A DNA stretch of 42,302 bases, taken from IMG/VR virus record IMGVR_UViG_3300037751_000271, positions 1 through 42,302 of that record. One strand, 5' to 3'. Below the pieces are notes generated by a model, which made no database searches, was not told where the DNA came from, and saw only the letters and a list, made by a program, of their open reading frames with translations. The translations under genes were made by a program, and so were the position numbers. This document shows positions 7,201 through 15,417 of the stretch, piece after piece (the stretch's first letter is position 1; every line of letters starts with the position of its first letter). Source of the stretch: a virus (taxonomy: Duplodnaviria > Caudoviricetes).

Positions 7201-8851
7201 TACCGTCCTGAATGGCCGAGATATCAACCGAGTTGCCCCCCGTTATGCTGAGATTCGGAGAGGCAAAGCTGAGCGTCTGTGCATCCGTATTGTCCATATA
7301 ACCAGAGAGGTCAACCGTCGTACCGTCGCCGGACAGTGAGAGCGTGTTGCCAGCAAGCGAGAGGTCCTGTATCTCATTGGTGACAGAGCCATCGACTTCA
7401 GTTGTTAAATAGGTCTCGCTGTGCGCGGTATTGTTGTGCGAGTTAGGAGCACGACTATCCGTCAGACGGGCGTCGCTGTCCAGTATCAGCGGGTCAAGTG
7501 CTGCTGCCCCGAGAGGAAAAGCCGCCTTCTGGTCATCGGTGACGTAGTTATCATCCGCACCAAGAGCCGCAGCGAAATCCGTCTCTGCATTGTCTGCGGC
7601 AGTACCTAAAGTCGGTTTGTTGAGGATTTGTGCATCGCCACTTATGGCGGTCCAGTCGGCATTGACGTTGATCTCCGCACCTGCGGCGATGCCGTCAAGC
7701 TTGGTTTTTTCCGCGTCTGTGTAGGCGTTGGTATCCAACTCTGACTCGTAAGCGAGCTTTATCTCCGCGCCGGTCTGGTCTGCCGTGGCCCCTGACTCAA
7801 TGCCTGCGAGCTTGGTTTCTGCCGTATCTACACGGCCTTCAACCTCATCAACCGCCGCTTGGGTGTCCGTCGCGATCAGTCCACTGGCGGTGTTGCTGTA
7901 AGGCACTTCGGTGGCGGTCTGATCGTCAGTGCCTCCACCTGCACCACTCGCCACAGCAGTCACCCTCCCCTGCTGATCGACGGTCACATCGGCATTGGTG
8001 TAGGCCCCCGGAGTGACGGCGGTATCGGCAAGGTTGAGGGTCACGTCGCCTGTCAGACCACCACCGGAAAGCCCCGTGCCTGCGGTGACGCCGGTGATAT
8101 CGCCCCCGCCAGCCTCAGCGATGTCGTTCATTGTGGCGAGGACGTTGGTGGCGCTTGGCAAAGCCGCGCCCTGAACCGCAGCGAGTTCGTCGGCGGTTAG
8201 TTCAATCTCGTTGGTGATGGAGCCATCCACCTCTGCAGTGAGATAGGTCTCCGAATGTGCTGAGTTGTTATGGCTAGAAGGTGCGAACGTTGCCGGTATA
8301 GCGGACAACGAGGTGTAGGCCCCATCGAAATCGTCGGTGGCGTTCTTGTCCCAGCCATCAAAAATGGTTTCGCTGCCGACGAGAACATCCTGCTTGCCAC
8401 TGATGTCGACGATTGGGTGCAGGGCCGCTTTTTCCGCATCTGTGACGTAGTTGTCGTCAACACCCAAGGAAGGGGCAAAGCCTGTATGTCCTGCGCTGGC
8501 GTAGTCGAGGTTCGTCAGTTCCGCATGGTCGGTAGCGCCGCCGCTTGCGGACAGGCTTGAGAGGTCCACCGAGTTGCCACCACTGATGGTCAGGTTGGAG
8601 TTGGCAAAACTCAAGGTCTGGCTCTCAGACTCTAGATACACGCCGCTGTGGGCGTGACTGGTCAAGGCGAACAGGGTGCTGTAGTAGGTGGTCAGCACTG
8701 ACTGCAGGATGTTGCGCGTGCCTGCGGGGGTCGCGAGCACGTACTCATCGGTGGCCCCGGGCGCGGTCAGGTTGTCAAACTGGTTGAGGATTACCTCGGC
8801 AGAGAAAGCCGGAGTTGTCAGCAGCATCAGCACACATAAAAGTCGAATCAT
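4253..8851 (-). CDS. large tail fibre/spike with right-handed beta-helix (depolymerase-like) region
   Basis: Likely start ATG 8851 (TGATG overlap, GGAG SD; track start 8863). Repetitive N-terminal shaft modules; YAQWFGLVSGDSLSDQTA resembles the pectate-lyase-like beta-helix cap; N/G-rich helix rungs follow. Confidence 0.8.
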   Translation of the reverse strand: MIRLLCVLMLLTTPAFSAEVILNQFDNLTAPGATDEYVLATPAGTRNILQSVLTTYYSTLFALTSHAHSGVYLESESQTLSFANSNLTISGGNSVDLSSLSASGGATDHAELTNLDYASAGHTGFAPSLGVDDNYVTDAEKAALHPIVDISGKQDVLVGSETIFDGWDKNATDDFDGAYTSLSAIPATFAPSSHNNSAHSETYLTAEVDGSITNEIELTADELAAVQGAALPSATNVLATMNDIAEAGGGDITGVTAGTGLSGGGLTGDVTLNLADTAVTPGAYTNADVTVDQQGRVTAVASGAGGGTDDQTATEVPYSNTASGLIATDTQAAVDEVEGRVDTAETKLAGIESGATADQTGAEIKLAYESELDTNAYTDAEKTKLDGIAAGAEINVNADWTAISGDAQILNKPTLGTAADNAETDFAAALGADDNYVTDDQKAAFPLGAAALDPLILDSDARLTDSRAPNSHNNTAHSETYLTTEVDGSVTNEIQDLSLAGNTLSLSGDGTTVDLSGYMDNTDAQTLSFASPNLSITGGNSVDISAIQDGTGTDDQTAAEVPITDTGTYFIGTDVESALQEVGPTMTDARTPTLHAATHGAGQTDAVTITEAQISDLTHTVNTDNQTALDVATTTTGFAGLLSGTDTDVQKALDTLDDYVPAWTDITSIPAGFADGIDNTGLPTQIILYSDYASFADFDTACVEGVLAYADVDDTITGETATLECPVQFLPGVVWTDSGTNDITFTGGLLSPEQTILSGFSAGEITLPGGSTPLVYAQWFGLVSGDSLSDQTAMATLLGALVSNQAVLMPEGGVFNTTANLTLSKSGIVFDGRGATVVTDGDSGFLTVTPTQKDSDTGLSIAITAQDNSFTIPAGVTVAEGDLINLYSDTDWSTSYNYHHGITATVMEIDGTTGYLDRAPVFSFTAHNAVVYDILENTKVKNFIIDMTAHDTDSSGNHGIYMSFVNNGKMLNNRVYGNYQYSAIAYGYHGTGGEIRNNHGQDMFASQNTSPTGYCVSVSGSGTTIDDNTCVNFRHHLTSAYRDNDTYGLNFGGNILYTEDRWAGTIPSGVNAGNNYSLAAIDMHSSVYDGAFRENFILTVNDAMVTYGGTFLTLQNNHIQQRDAGQTNSYDFLEERTDAVSQPVVYLNSNYLKTELAGKQLQTATYQKYIHNTSSNDFSGIALNKPTCDSYTKGRTWYTDQTASVYEVCKQTAASTYSWTAFGLPAGTFKQMLVHDGSSFKSQTLGTGGDVEFGTGYNLDIQADSIKTSMLDSADTPTDGECVTAMADGTFNFDSCSGAAQPASNVSVTTTNFNGNFANDTSHDSAQELFDLIDDFSLSGLAQTDIDTLAELNTVVTDATLIGSSGTPVTGQVTYWTDASTVAGSDAFTFDEPAGGITLTSSTTDATRGLTVKQTSDAATAASINFFKDRAGGATQSGDSIGAFHGYGHDGTDPQSGASLFYKQDGAASAGAVPMGITLATGSSFASRGNRMVIGSNGTITLPDLASTYTGGSAYVCVYDSGVIYASETACP

Positions 8852-9048
8852 CAGAAACTCCATGTCAGGCGGTTGCCGTCCTGGTCGGTGATGTAGTTGC
8901 CCTCTTGGTCAAGGATATAGCCGCCGGTTTCCAAAGGCACAACGGCAGGGAACACCGGCACAGTGATCGTGATCGCTTGCGGCCAGCGCATGGCCAGAGA
9001 CGGCGGGAACACGACTGAGGCCGCTTGGGGTGGCCAGCTTACGACCAT
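8851..9048 (-). CDS. small tail-associated protein
   Basis: Overlaps neighbours; C-terminal ETGGYILDQEGNYITDQDGNRL motif of the kind seen before fibre genes. Confidence 0.6.
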   Translation of the reverse strand: MVVSWPPQAASVVFPPSLAMRWPQAITITVPVFPAVVPLETGGYILDQEGNYITDQDGNRLTWSF

Positions 9049-9377
9049 GCCGGGCCTCCTTGAGTAATCACAGCTTTGCCGTGGTTAAACTGCACCTCGC
9101 TGGTGAGTCCGGGTCGCAGCAGCAGGGTCACGCCAAGCTCCCTGCGCGGGGCGGTAAACAGTTCGGCAATATCAGCGCGGGCCAGAAACAGCTCAATGGT
9201 TTTCGCTGTGGCGCTAATCGTCACGGTTGGTGTAGCGACAGCGACGTTTGGGTTGGCTGGATCGTAGAGATAGCAGCGCCCGGTCCAGGTCGTCATGTCC
9301 TGCTGGGTGCGGATGTTGATCAGCACATACAGCGAGCCGTTGGAGGGGATGATTAAATCGATTGATTGGCCTAACAT
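9039..9377 (-). CDS. hypothetical beta-rich tail/baseplate accessory protein
   Basis: AAGGAG SD; beta-strand-rich 112 aa within the tail operon. Confidence 0.65.
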   Translation of the reverse strand: MLGQSIDLIIPSNGSLYVLINIRTQQDMTTWTGRCYLYDPANPNVAVATPTVTISATAKTIELFLARADIAELFTAPRRELGVTLLLRPGLTSEVQFNHGKAVITQGGPAWS

Positions 9378-9463
9378 AGAGGCTCCTTATTCTGCAGTCG
9401 GTTCAAACCCGGCCACCGTCCGCGCAATTTTACGGTAGAGGTAGCGCGGGGCGTGGTCTTAGA

Positions 9464-10720
9464 TTAACCAAGCAGGGCAAACTCACCAATAGTGACATAA
9501 CCTGATCCGGCAAGCGCAGACATATAAAAACGATAGTATGTGTAAGATCCAGGTGAAGCGATTTTATACGTCGGAGACCATACGTTGGAAATTAGTCCAG
9601 ACAATCCAGTAACTGTGTGGAGGTCAGTCCAATCTGTGCCGTTGTTGCTTCCCTGCAACTTGAAACTCGTTGGATAGTTTTGAGATTCCCCGCCGTTTCT
9701 AGTTTGGAATGTGAAGCCCCTTGCAATGACAGCGGAGGTAAACTGCATCTGTAACCATTCAGGCAGTACAGCAGGGCTTTGAGAAATATAACAACTTACC
9801 GAAGTGGTATTATCTTGCATAAAAGCATGCCACGGTGCGTAGGAACTGTTATATTCACTGTTTGATGAAATTATACATCCGGCTGGCGTTGTGTTGCTTG
9901 TCATTGCCGGAGTTAGAATAGTACCAGGCGTGGCTGTAAGTCCGTATTTGTCAGCAAAATAATCCACAATGCTTTGTAAATCCGTATCTGATAACGCTTG
10001 TCGATACGCAACAAATTCCGCTAAATACCCGTCTAAATAGCGTCCTGTTGATAAAGATAGTTTACTTTGCCCACCGATAACAGGAGGCCCAGAGCTGGTA
10101 GCTCTTGTGGGGCTTTCAACAATTTCCGAAGTGGTCATTTGGGACACTGTGGTCTTGTAGAACCCCTGGAGCATTCCATCGAGTAAAAGTTCAATTCTTG
10201 TCCCAAAAATTAGACGCCCGATAAGAATATGGAAACTGTCCGCTGCCGTTCCTGTTTGCACAGTTACTTGAGCCGACAAGGTCGCGTACATTTCTGGACT
10301 GTGGTTCTCGTAAATAAGGGACAGCGAATTATTGGCGGCATAACCGAAGTCAAACACATAGTCAAGATCAGACGTTGTTGCATTGCTCTCGACGACAGCA
10401 ATGAGGGTAATCCCGCTTTTGGTGTTATCGGCGTAAAAATAATCACTGCCCGCGCTCAGAATATCACCCACACCATCAAACAAAACAGCGGGATGCCCGT
10501 TGATAACTCCCGTCTTAAACACAGGTGCATCTAAGGCTGTAAAGTCTCTACCTTCACCAGAAGCATCAGCCCAAACAGAAACAGGGTCATCGTCGGAGAG
10601 AACAAGGTCGCCTGCATTCAACCAAATACCAAGCTCCGATAAATCGGACGGCAGTACTGGACCACCCGTAAAAGGAAACCCGTTGCCACTTAGGATGCGT
10701 CCACGGAAACTAAGCGGCAT
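9464..10720 (-). CDS. LamG/concanavalin-like plus discoidin (F5/8 type C)-like carbohydrate-binding protein
   Basis: GGAGG SD at ATG 10720; WLNAGD..VSVWADASGEGR, INGHPAVLFDG, GYLAEFVAY..ALS..YFADKYGL; then EWLQMQF, PTSFKLQGSNNGTDWT, YTYYRF. Confidence 0.8.
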   Translation of the reverse strand: MPLSFRGRILSGNGFPFTGGPVLPSDLSELGIWLNAGDLVLSDDDPVSVWADASGEGRDFTALDAPVFKTGVINGHPAVLFDGVGDILSAGSDYFYADNTKSGITLIAVVESNATTSDLDYVFDFGYAANNSLSLIYENHSPEMYATLSAQVTVQTGTAADSFHILIGRLIFGTRIELLLDGMLQGFYKTTVSQMTTSEIVESPTRATSSGPPVIGGQSKLSLSTGRYLDGYLAEFVAYRQALSDTDLQSIVDYFADKYGLTATPGTILTPAMTSNTTPAGCIISSNSEYNSSYAPWHAFMQDNTTSVSCYISQSPAVLPEWLQMQFTSAVIARGFTFQTRNGGESQNYPTSFKLQGSNNGTDWTDLHTVTGLSGLISNVWSPTYKIASPGSYTYYRFYMSALAGSGYVTIGEFALLG

Positions 10721-11405
10721 GATGGCCTCCGAAATACCAGGATTCGTTAATGCGTTGGGCTTCAACAATGATCATGCCGCTACTGGTCACATCGGTCAAA
10801 TCAACGGACGTTCCTGCAATAGTGATGGATGATGGAACGGCTCCAGTTAAAGACAGCAGCAACGTCAATGATGCCGCTTTACCTGTTGCCGGGGCGTTTG
10901 TAATGGTCAGTACCGCATCAACCCCATCACCAATCGTCACGATGTGAACGTTCGCTGCGGAATAGTCGATGCTCGCCGTGCCACCGGACGCATCTGCGGT
11001 TGCTTCGGTTTCGTAATAGCCTGTGAGTTCAGATGCGGTGCCACTGCCAGAACTGTACGCTTCCCAGCTTGAATCTTTGTAGATGTAGATCGCGTCCTCA
11101 TCTTCAACGAAAGTCAGCCACCCTTTGCGCGGCTCGTAAGCTCGCCAGTCTGCGATATCATCATCATAGACGACAATCTGATTCTCAAGCCCTACCCAGG
11201 CATCGGTTGCCGTTGGGCCGACCAGATAACTATCTCCATCGGCAGGGGTTGCGGGAGGGGTTGAGGTGTCTTTATCCAGCACGGACAAGTGCATCCCGAC
11301 CAGCCCGATCTTGAGCAGGTTTTCATCCATGCCGGTGTTCCAGCCGTTTTCGCCTAAGTCCCAGGTGTGCTTGATGCCGTTTCTCGGCTCCGTCTTTGCG
11401 GCCAT
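10710..11405 (-). CDS. DUF2793-type tail protein
   Basis: TPPATPADGDSYLVGPTATDAWVG..WRAYEPRKGW signature. Confidence 0.8.
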   Translation of the reverse strand: MAAKTEPRNGIKHTWDLGENGWNTGMDENLLKIGLVGMHLSVLDKDTSTPPATPADGDSYLVGPTATDAWVGLENQIVVYDDDIADWRAYEPRKGWLTFVEDEDAIYIYKDSSWEAYSSGSGTASELTGYYETEATADASGGTASIDYSAANVHIVTIGDGVDAVLTITNAPATGKAASLTLLLSLTGAVPSSITIAGTSVDLTDVTSSGMIIVEAQRINESWYFGGHHAA

Positions 11406-14206
11406 TATGCTAATCCTCCGTAGGCGTTGCCGTAGGCTAGGCCGTACCCTGCCCGACCAACGCTATGATTGTGTGTTTGCCAACTGGTATATCCGCCCCG
11501 GACGGCTTCGACCTCGAAGCGCAACAGGTTATAGGGACCGCCGTCGGTTGTCTCCATGGCTGCCGTATAAGTCCAGGCCGTTCCGATTTCACCGGTCACA
11601 GTGCGCAACAAAACGTCTGCATCGGAATAGATACGGATGGTGTAGGTGGTTCCAGATTCAGGGCCGATGTTTGTGTCGGTGAAATCGTAAAACGTGCCGC
11701 TGGTCTGCTGCAGTCGATCCCGGTGCGCCCAGGTCAAGACAATGTCACCGATCAGGCTGTCGGGGAAATACGCGGCATTGAACTTTAGATTGCCAGGGGG
11801 GAATGGTCGGATCGCTCTTGATGCAAACGTCAGCGGCTGAGCAACGGCGTCTGCAATAGCAATCTCGCCGGTATCGTTTTTCGCCAGCAGCTTGACATTG
11901 ATGGCTTCACTGGCGACATAACCAACGCCATCGCCGGTCCCGAAGTAATCCCAAAAAAACACAACGGCATCAGTCAGATGGTTTTGCGGTACCGTATCGA
12001 GAACCCCGCGACCGACTGTGAGTTCTGTTGTCGTGACGGTGTCGATTCGGACCAACTCATCACCGATCTGCGCGTGACTGCCGACGGTGATGTTCGAGAG
12101 GTCAAGGCCTGACTTAATCGCTATCGTCGTGTCTGTTTTGCCAATATCGGCAGACAGGAGAGCTGTCGGGCAGAAATCAACAACCGTGGCCGACTCTTCA
12201 TACCCGGCACCGCTATCGACATAAAGGGCAGCATTGAGTGCGTAGGCAGGCTTTCCAGATGTTGCCATGAATACCCCACCGTCAGGTTCCAAGGCGAGTT
12301 CACCGTCAACCGTGGACTGTCCGTTTTGCTGGACTGCCTCATAATAAGGGGCCTCTACCAGAATGCGGTTAGTTGTGTTTGCCGGAGCCTGGTTGGTGTC
12401 TGTGAATGTCTCAATCGGGGTGCTGTAGAGATCGCTGGCGTCAGTGAGTGAGAAGATGTCCTGAATACACGATAGTTTGACCTGGTTGCTTCTGCCGTCG
12501 CCAAAACTCATCCCGGTGATGCGCATCAGGATGTAGCCCGCGTGCAGGTCGGTCCATCCGAACTTAAACACAGCGCCAATATTTAAAGAAGCCGCCTTGC
12601 GGGTCGCATATATCGTGCAAGACAAAGGCGGGTTTGACAAGGATGCCAGATCACGGCTGGCCACACGTTTGGCAAGAGACAGGTTGGAAATGCCGGGGTA
12701 TTCAAGTTTTTGACCAATCACCCCGCCCTGTGCTTGAATGAGGGCAATGTCCTGATCTGCCACCGTCGCATTCTCAGCAGTTTCCCAGTCCTCGTAAACT
12801 ACCGTGACCGAGTTTGTTAACTCGTCAATCGAAGGTCGGCGATAATCCTCAACACTGATAATGTCATCATCGCCGAGCGTAATTAAATCATCCTCGATAT
12901 AGTCGTCACGGATGAGCTTTAAAACAAATTTGCCCGTCGTTCTGTCGATGTACAGTGTCGCATCGATGTGACGCACAACCTCGCCGATGAACTCCTCAAG
13001 AGAAATACTTTTATCCCAGAGCATGGAGAGGCCGAAGCCCTCGTCCCACAACTGGTCGGCAGCAGCAGTAAACGACGTGTCATCAACATCTGTGCTTAAG
13101 TAACCTAATCCCCAGCGACGATCCACCAGGCACTCGCGGATGATATGCGCCGGGTTCATATCGGAATATCCTGAATAACCCCCAAGTTCTATATAAAAGA
13201 ACGTCCAGTCCCCAGTTGGGCCATAATTAGCAGACTCATCCAGACAGTACACATGAATAGTATGCTCTCCCGCAGCCCCCATCCCAGCAGGAACAGAGAT
13301 GGTAGAATCTGGATAATCTGTTATTTGGGCGTTGGTAGGGTTTATAGATCCAACATAAACCCCATCCCAATATACATAACAAGCGTTTTCAACGACTATG
13401 TACAATTCCAGTAGGTTGAAACTTTCCTCTAAGGTTATTGTTTTCCGTAACCAAAGGGCGCTGTTGTGGGGCCAATGTGTAGCTATAGGGTAGGGCGCTC
13501 TTGCGTGCGGAGGAGTCAGTGTATTGCCGAATGGGCCTGGACTTTCCGCATTCCATCCGGTAGTGGGAATAGCAAAACTAGCAGGATCGGCGACAGCAGA
13601 AACCTCACCAGGTAGAATTTGATATTCATAACTTGTGTTATAGGCTAATCCAATACTACTAATATTTTGCCTAATTGGCGCTCTTGCGGCATACCACTGC
13701 TCTCCACCATCAGATGTTTTTAGTATACGCTGCACTTTAAACGACCACGGCTTGATGTATGGATTGTTGCCGAGATAGGGACGGCGCAGCACCACGGAGG
13801 TCACGCCACGGAAAGCAGGAACACCCACGGCGTCAGCGTCTGTGGTCCATGTTCCTGCAGGGTCAAGCGCCCCTGCGGCAATGAGCATTTGTCCGATCAA
13901 TGAGTCGGTTGGGACCACTGCGGCGGTCTGGCTGCCACCAACCTTGGCAATCAGGTAATCGTTTTGCGCCTGGGTCGGGCCACCCCAGAGAATGTCAACA
14001 TCGCCGACGACCCCACCCTCGCCATCATCACCACCGAACAGGGACGGCTTGTCTATGGTAACCCGGTCTTCTGCCACCCCTTCCCACGCGGATTTATCCC
14101 CGATGAGAATTTCGCGGATGGTGTCGACAGGTCCGTGACACAGGACCATGTGCATACCGAGATAGTAGCGGTAACCGACGGTCTGTTTTTTACTGCCTCC
14201 GCCCAT
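11405..14206 (-). CDS. central tail tip / host-specificity protein (Phage-tail_3-like)
   Basis: MGGGSKKQTVGYRYYLGMH..CHGPVD; PAFRGV; NNPYIKPW; DMNPAHIIRECL. Confidence 0.9.
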   Translation of the reverse strand: MGGGSKKQTVGYRYYLGMHMVLCHGPVDTIREILIGDKSAWEGVAEDRVTIDKPSLFGGDDGEGGVVGDVDILWGGPTQAQNDYLIAKVGGSQTAAVVPTDSLIGQMLIAAGALDPAGTWTTDADAVGVPAFRGVTSVVLRRPYLGNNPYIKPWSFKVQRILKTSDGGEQWYAARAPIRQNISSIGLAYNTSYEYQILPGEVSAVADPASFAIPTTGWNAESPGPFGNTLTPPHARAPYPIATHWPHNSALWLRKTITLEESFNLLELYIVVENACYVYWDGVYVGSINPTNAQITDYPDSTISVPAGMGAAGEHTIHVYCLDESANYGPTGDWTFFYIELGGYSGYSDMNPAHIIRECLVDRRWGLGYLSTDVDDTSFTAAADQLWDEGFGLSMLWDKSISLEEFIGEVVRHIDATLYIDRTTGKFVLKLIRDDYIEDDLITLGDDDIISVEDYRRPSIDELTNSVTVVYEDWETAENATVADQDIALIQAQGGVIGQKLEYPGISNLSLAKRVASRDLASLSNPPLSCTIYATRKAASLNIGAVFKFGWTDLHAGYILMRITGMSFGDGRSNQVKLSCIQDIFSLTDASDLYSTPIETFTDTNQAPANTTNRILVEAPYYEAVQQNGQSTVDGELALEPDGGVFMATSGKPAYALNAALYVDSGAGYEESATVVDFCPTALLSADIGKTDTTIAIKSGLDLSNITVGSHAQIGDELVRIDTVTTTELTVGRGVLDTVPQNHLTDAVVFFWDYFGTGDGVGYVASEAINVKLLAKNDTGEIAIADAVAQPLTFASRAIRPFPPGNLKFNAAYFPDSLIGDIVLTWAHRDRLQQTSGTFYDFTDTNIGPESGTTYTIRIYSDADVLLRTVTGEIGTAWTYTAAMETTDGGPYNLLRFEVEAVRGGYTSWQTHNHSVGRAGYGLAYGNAYGGLA

Positions 14207-14387
14207 AGGCTACCTCCACAACCCGCAGCGCCATCGCGTCTCCGGTTTCGATAAGTTTTTGGGCATCGATGCCATTGGCAAGAAAGTCCTTCCAGTCGAG
14301 GTCGTGCTTGATGAAAAAATCCCGCGCCCCGCCTGAGCACATTTTGGCTGCTCTTATGTCGGCCATGGTGCATTTGATATCGGTCAT
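14190..14387 (-). CDS. tail assembly protein (Chi/D3112-like)
   Basis: CSGGARDFF..HDLDWKDFL.NGI..TGDAMA motif; position in tail-tip module. Confidence 0.8.
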   Translation of the reverse strand: MTDIKCTMADIRAAKMCSGGARDFFIKHDLDWKDFLANGIDAQKLIETGDAMALRVVEVAYGRRQ

Positions 14388-14611
14388 TTGCCCCCCGACT
14401 TCTTGCGGATCGCACTGGTGGCCTTGTCGCCATACCAGACGACGTTCGGTCCTTTGATTTCGCGGCTACCAAACAGCACCGGAATCTCGCGGCCCTCTTC
14501 GGCGGTCGGCGCTTTGATCTCGCCGATCGACGGTTTTGATGTTTGCGGTTTTGGCGCCAGGGCATAAGAAACGACCAGAGCCACAACGAACGCTGCCAGA
14601 TACCACCACAT
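14384..14611 (-). CDS. tail assembly protein
   Basis: PTAEEGREIPVLFGSR..GPNVVWYGD motif. Confidence 0.85.
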   Translation of the reverse strand: MWWYLAAFVVALVVSYALAPKPQTSKPSIGEIKAPTAEEGREIPVLFGSREIKGPNVVWYGDKATSAIRKKSGGK

Positions 14612-15417
14612 CAGATTGCTCCTACAAACGGGTTGCGGCTGGGAATCCAGGGGAAGCCGCCGAAATTATTCAAGTTGTTAAAGACAAAATGACAGATCAT
14701 GCGAGTACGGTTGCAGCCAGGGTAAAGCGAGATAACATCATCGGCGGCGGCATCGAAGAAGGCCCGCGAGATGGTGATCTCTGAGCCGACGTGACTCTTG
14801 ATGTAGCGCAGTACACCGTTGTGCAGAACCATGCCTCCCGCATACCAGCCGCTTGTTGCCAGGGAAACATCTTCCACATCGTCAATCGCGACGGTTAACA
14901 CAGACCCGTCTACCGTCAGGATGGTCCCCGGTACCGCAAAGTCAGCCTTGTCCAGTGTGCAGCCGTCACCGTAGAGTGCATGGCGGCAGTTTTTCTGATA
15001 GAGCGCCCGCAGTCCCGGCCGTCTCAGGCTGGTGAAGATCGATTCGCATTCGATTGTGATCGTCTGCTCAGAGTTCGAGACGCCAGCCATTCGGCCTTTC
15101 CAGTAGGTCACGGCGTCTGCCGAGTCGCGGTGCTTCCTGAAGATCGTAATGGAAATCAGGTTGTCCGGAACGTAGGTCAGCAACGCCAGCGCCAATTCGT
15201 CGTCTCTTGGCAAAGATAGCTTGATCGGGTCTTTCGCCAGTTCGCTCGATTGCGTCACTTCGGAGTGGCTGATGGGTGACGGCTCCCACTCAAACGTGTT
15301 GAAAACGATAACGTCTGGGGAACTGTTCATCCTGGTCGTAACTGCACCGTTGACGATCTCATAGAAGAAAACCGGCTTGCCGTCCTGTATGGATATTTCG
15401 TCTACGGCATAGGTCAT
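14611..15417 (-). CDS. BR0599/DUF2163-family tail tip (hub) protein
   Basis: CRHALYGDGC and PGCNRT..C..FNNLNNFGGFPWIP Cys motifs. Confidence 0.88.
   Translation of the reverse strand: MTYAVDEISIQDGKPVFFYEIVNGAVTTRMNSSPDVIVFNTFEWEPSPISHSEVTQSSELAKDPIKLSLPRDDELALALLTYVPDNLISITIFRKHRDSADAVTYWKGRMAGVSNSEQTITIECESIFTSLRRPGLRALYQKNCRHALYGDGCTLDKADFAVPGTILTVDGSVLTVAIDDVEDVSLATSGWYAGGMVLHNGVLRYIKSHVGSEITISRAFFDAAADDVISLYPGCNRTRMICHFVFNNLNNFGGFPWIPSRNPFVGAI

Noticed and set aside
4253-10720. Diversity-generating retroelement targeting tail proteins
   Set aside because: No reverse transcriptase in the window and no near-identical repeat pair differing only at adenines; the fibre repeats differ mostly at synonymous sites.
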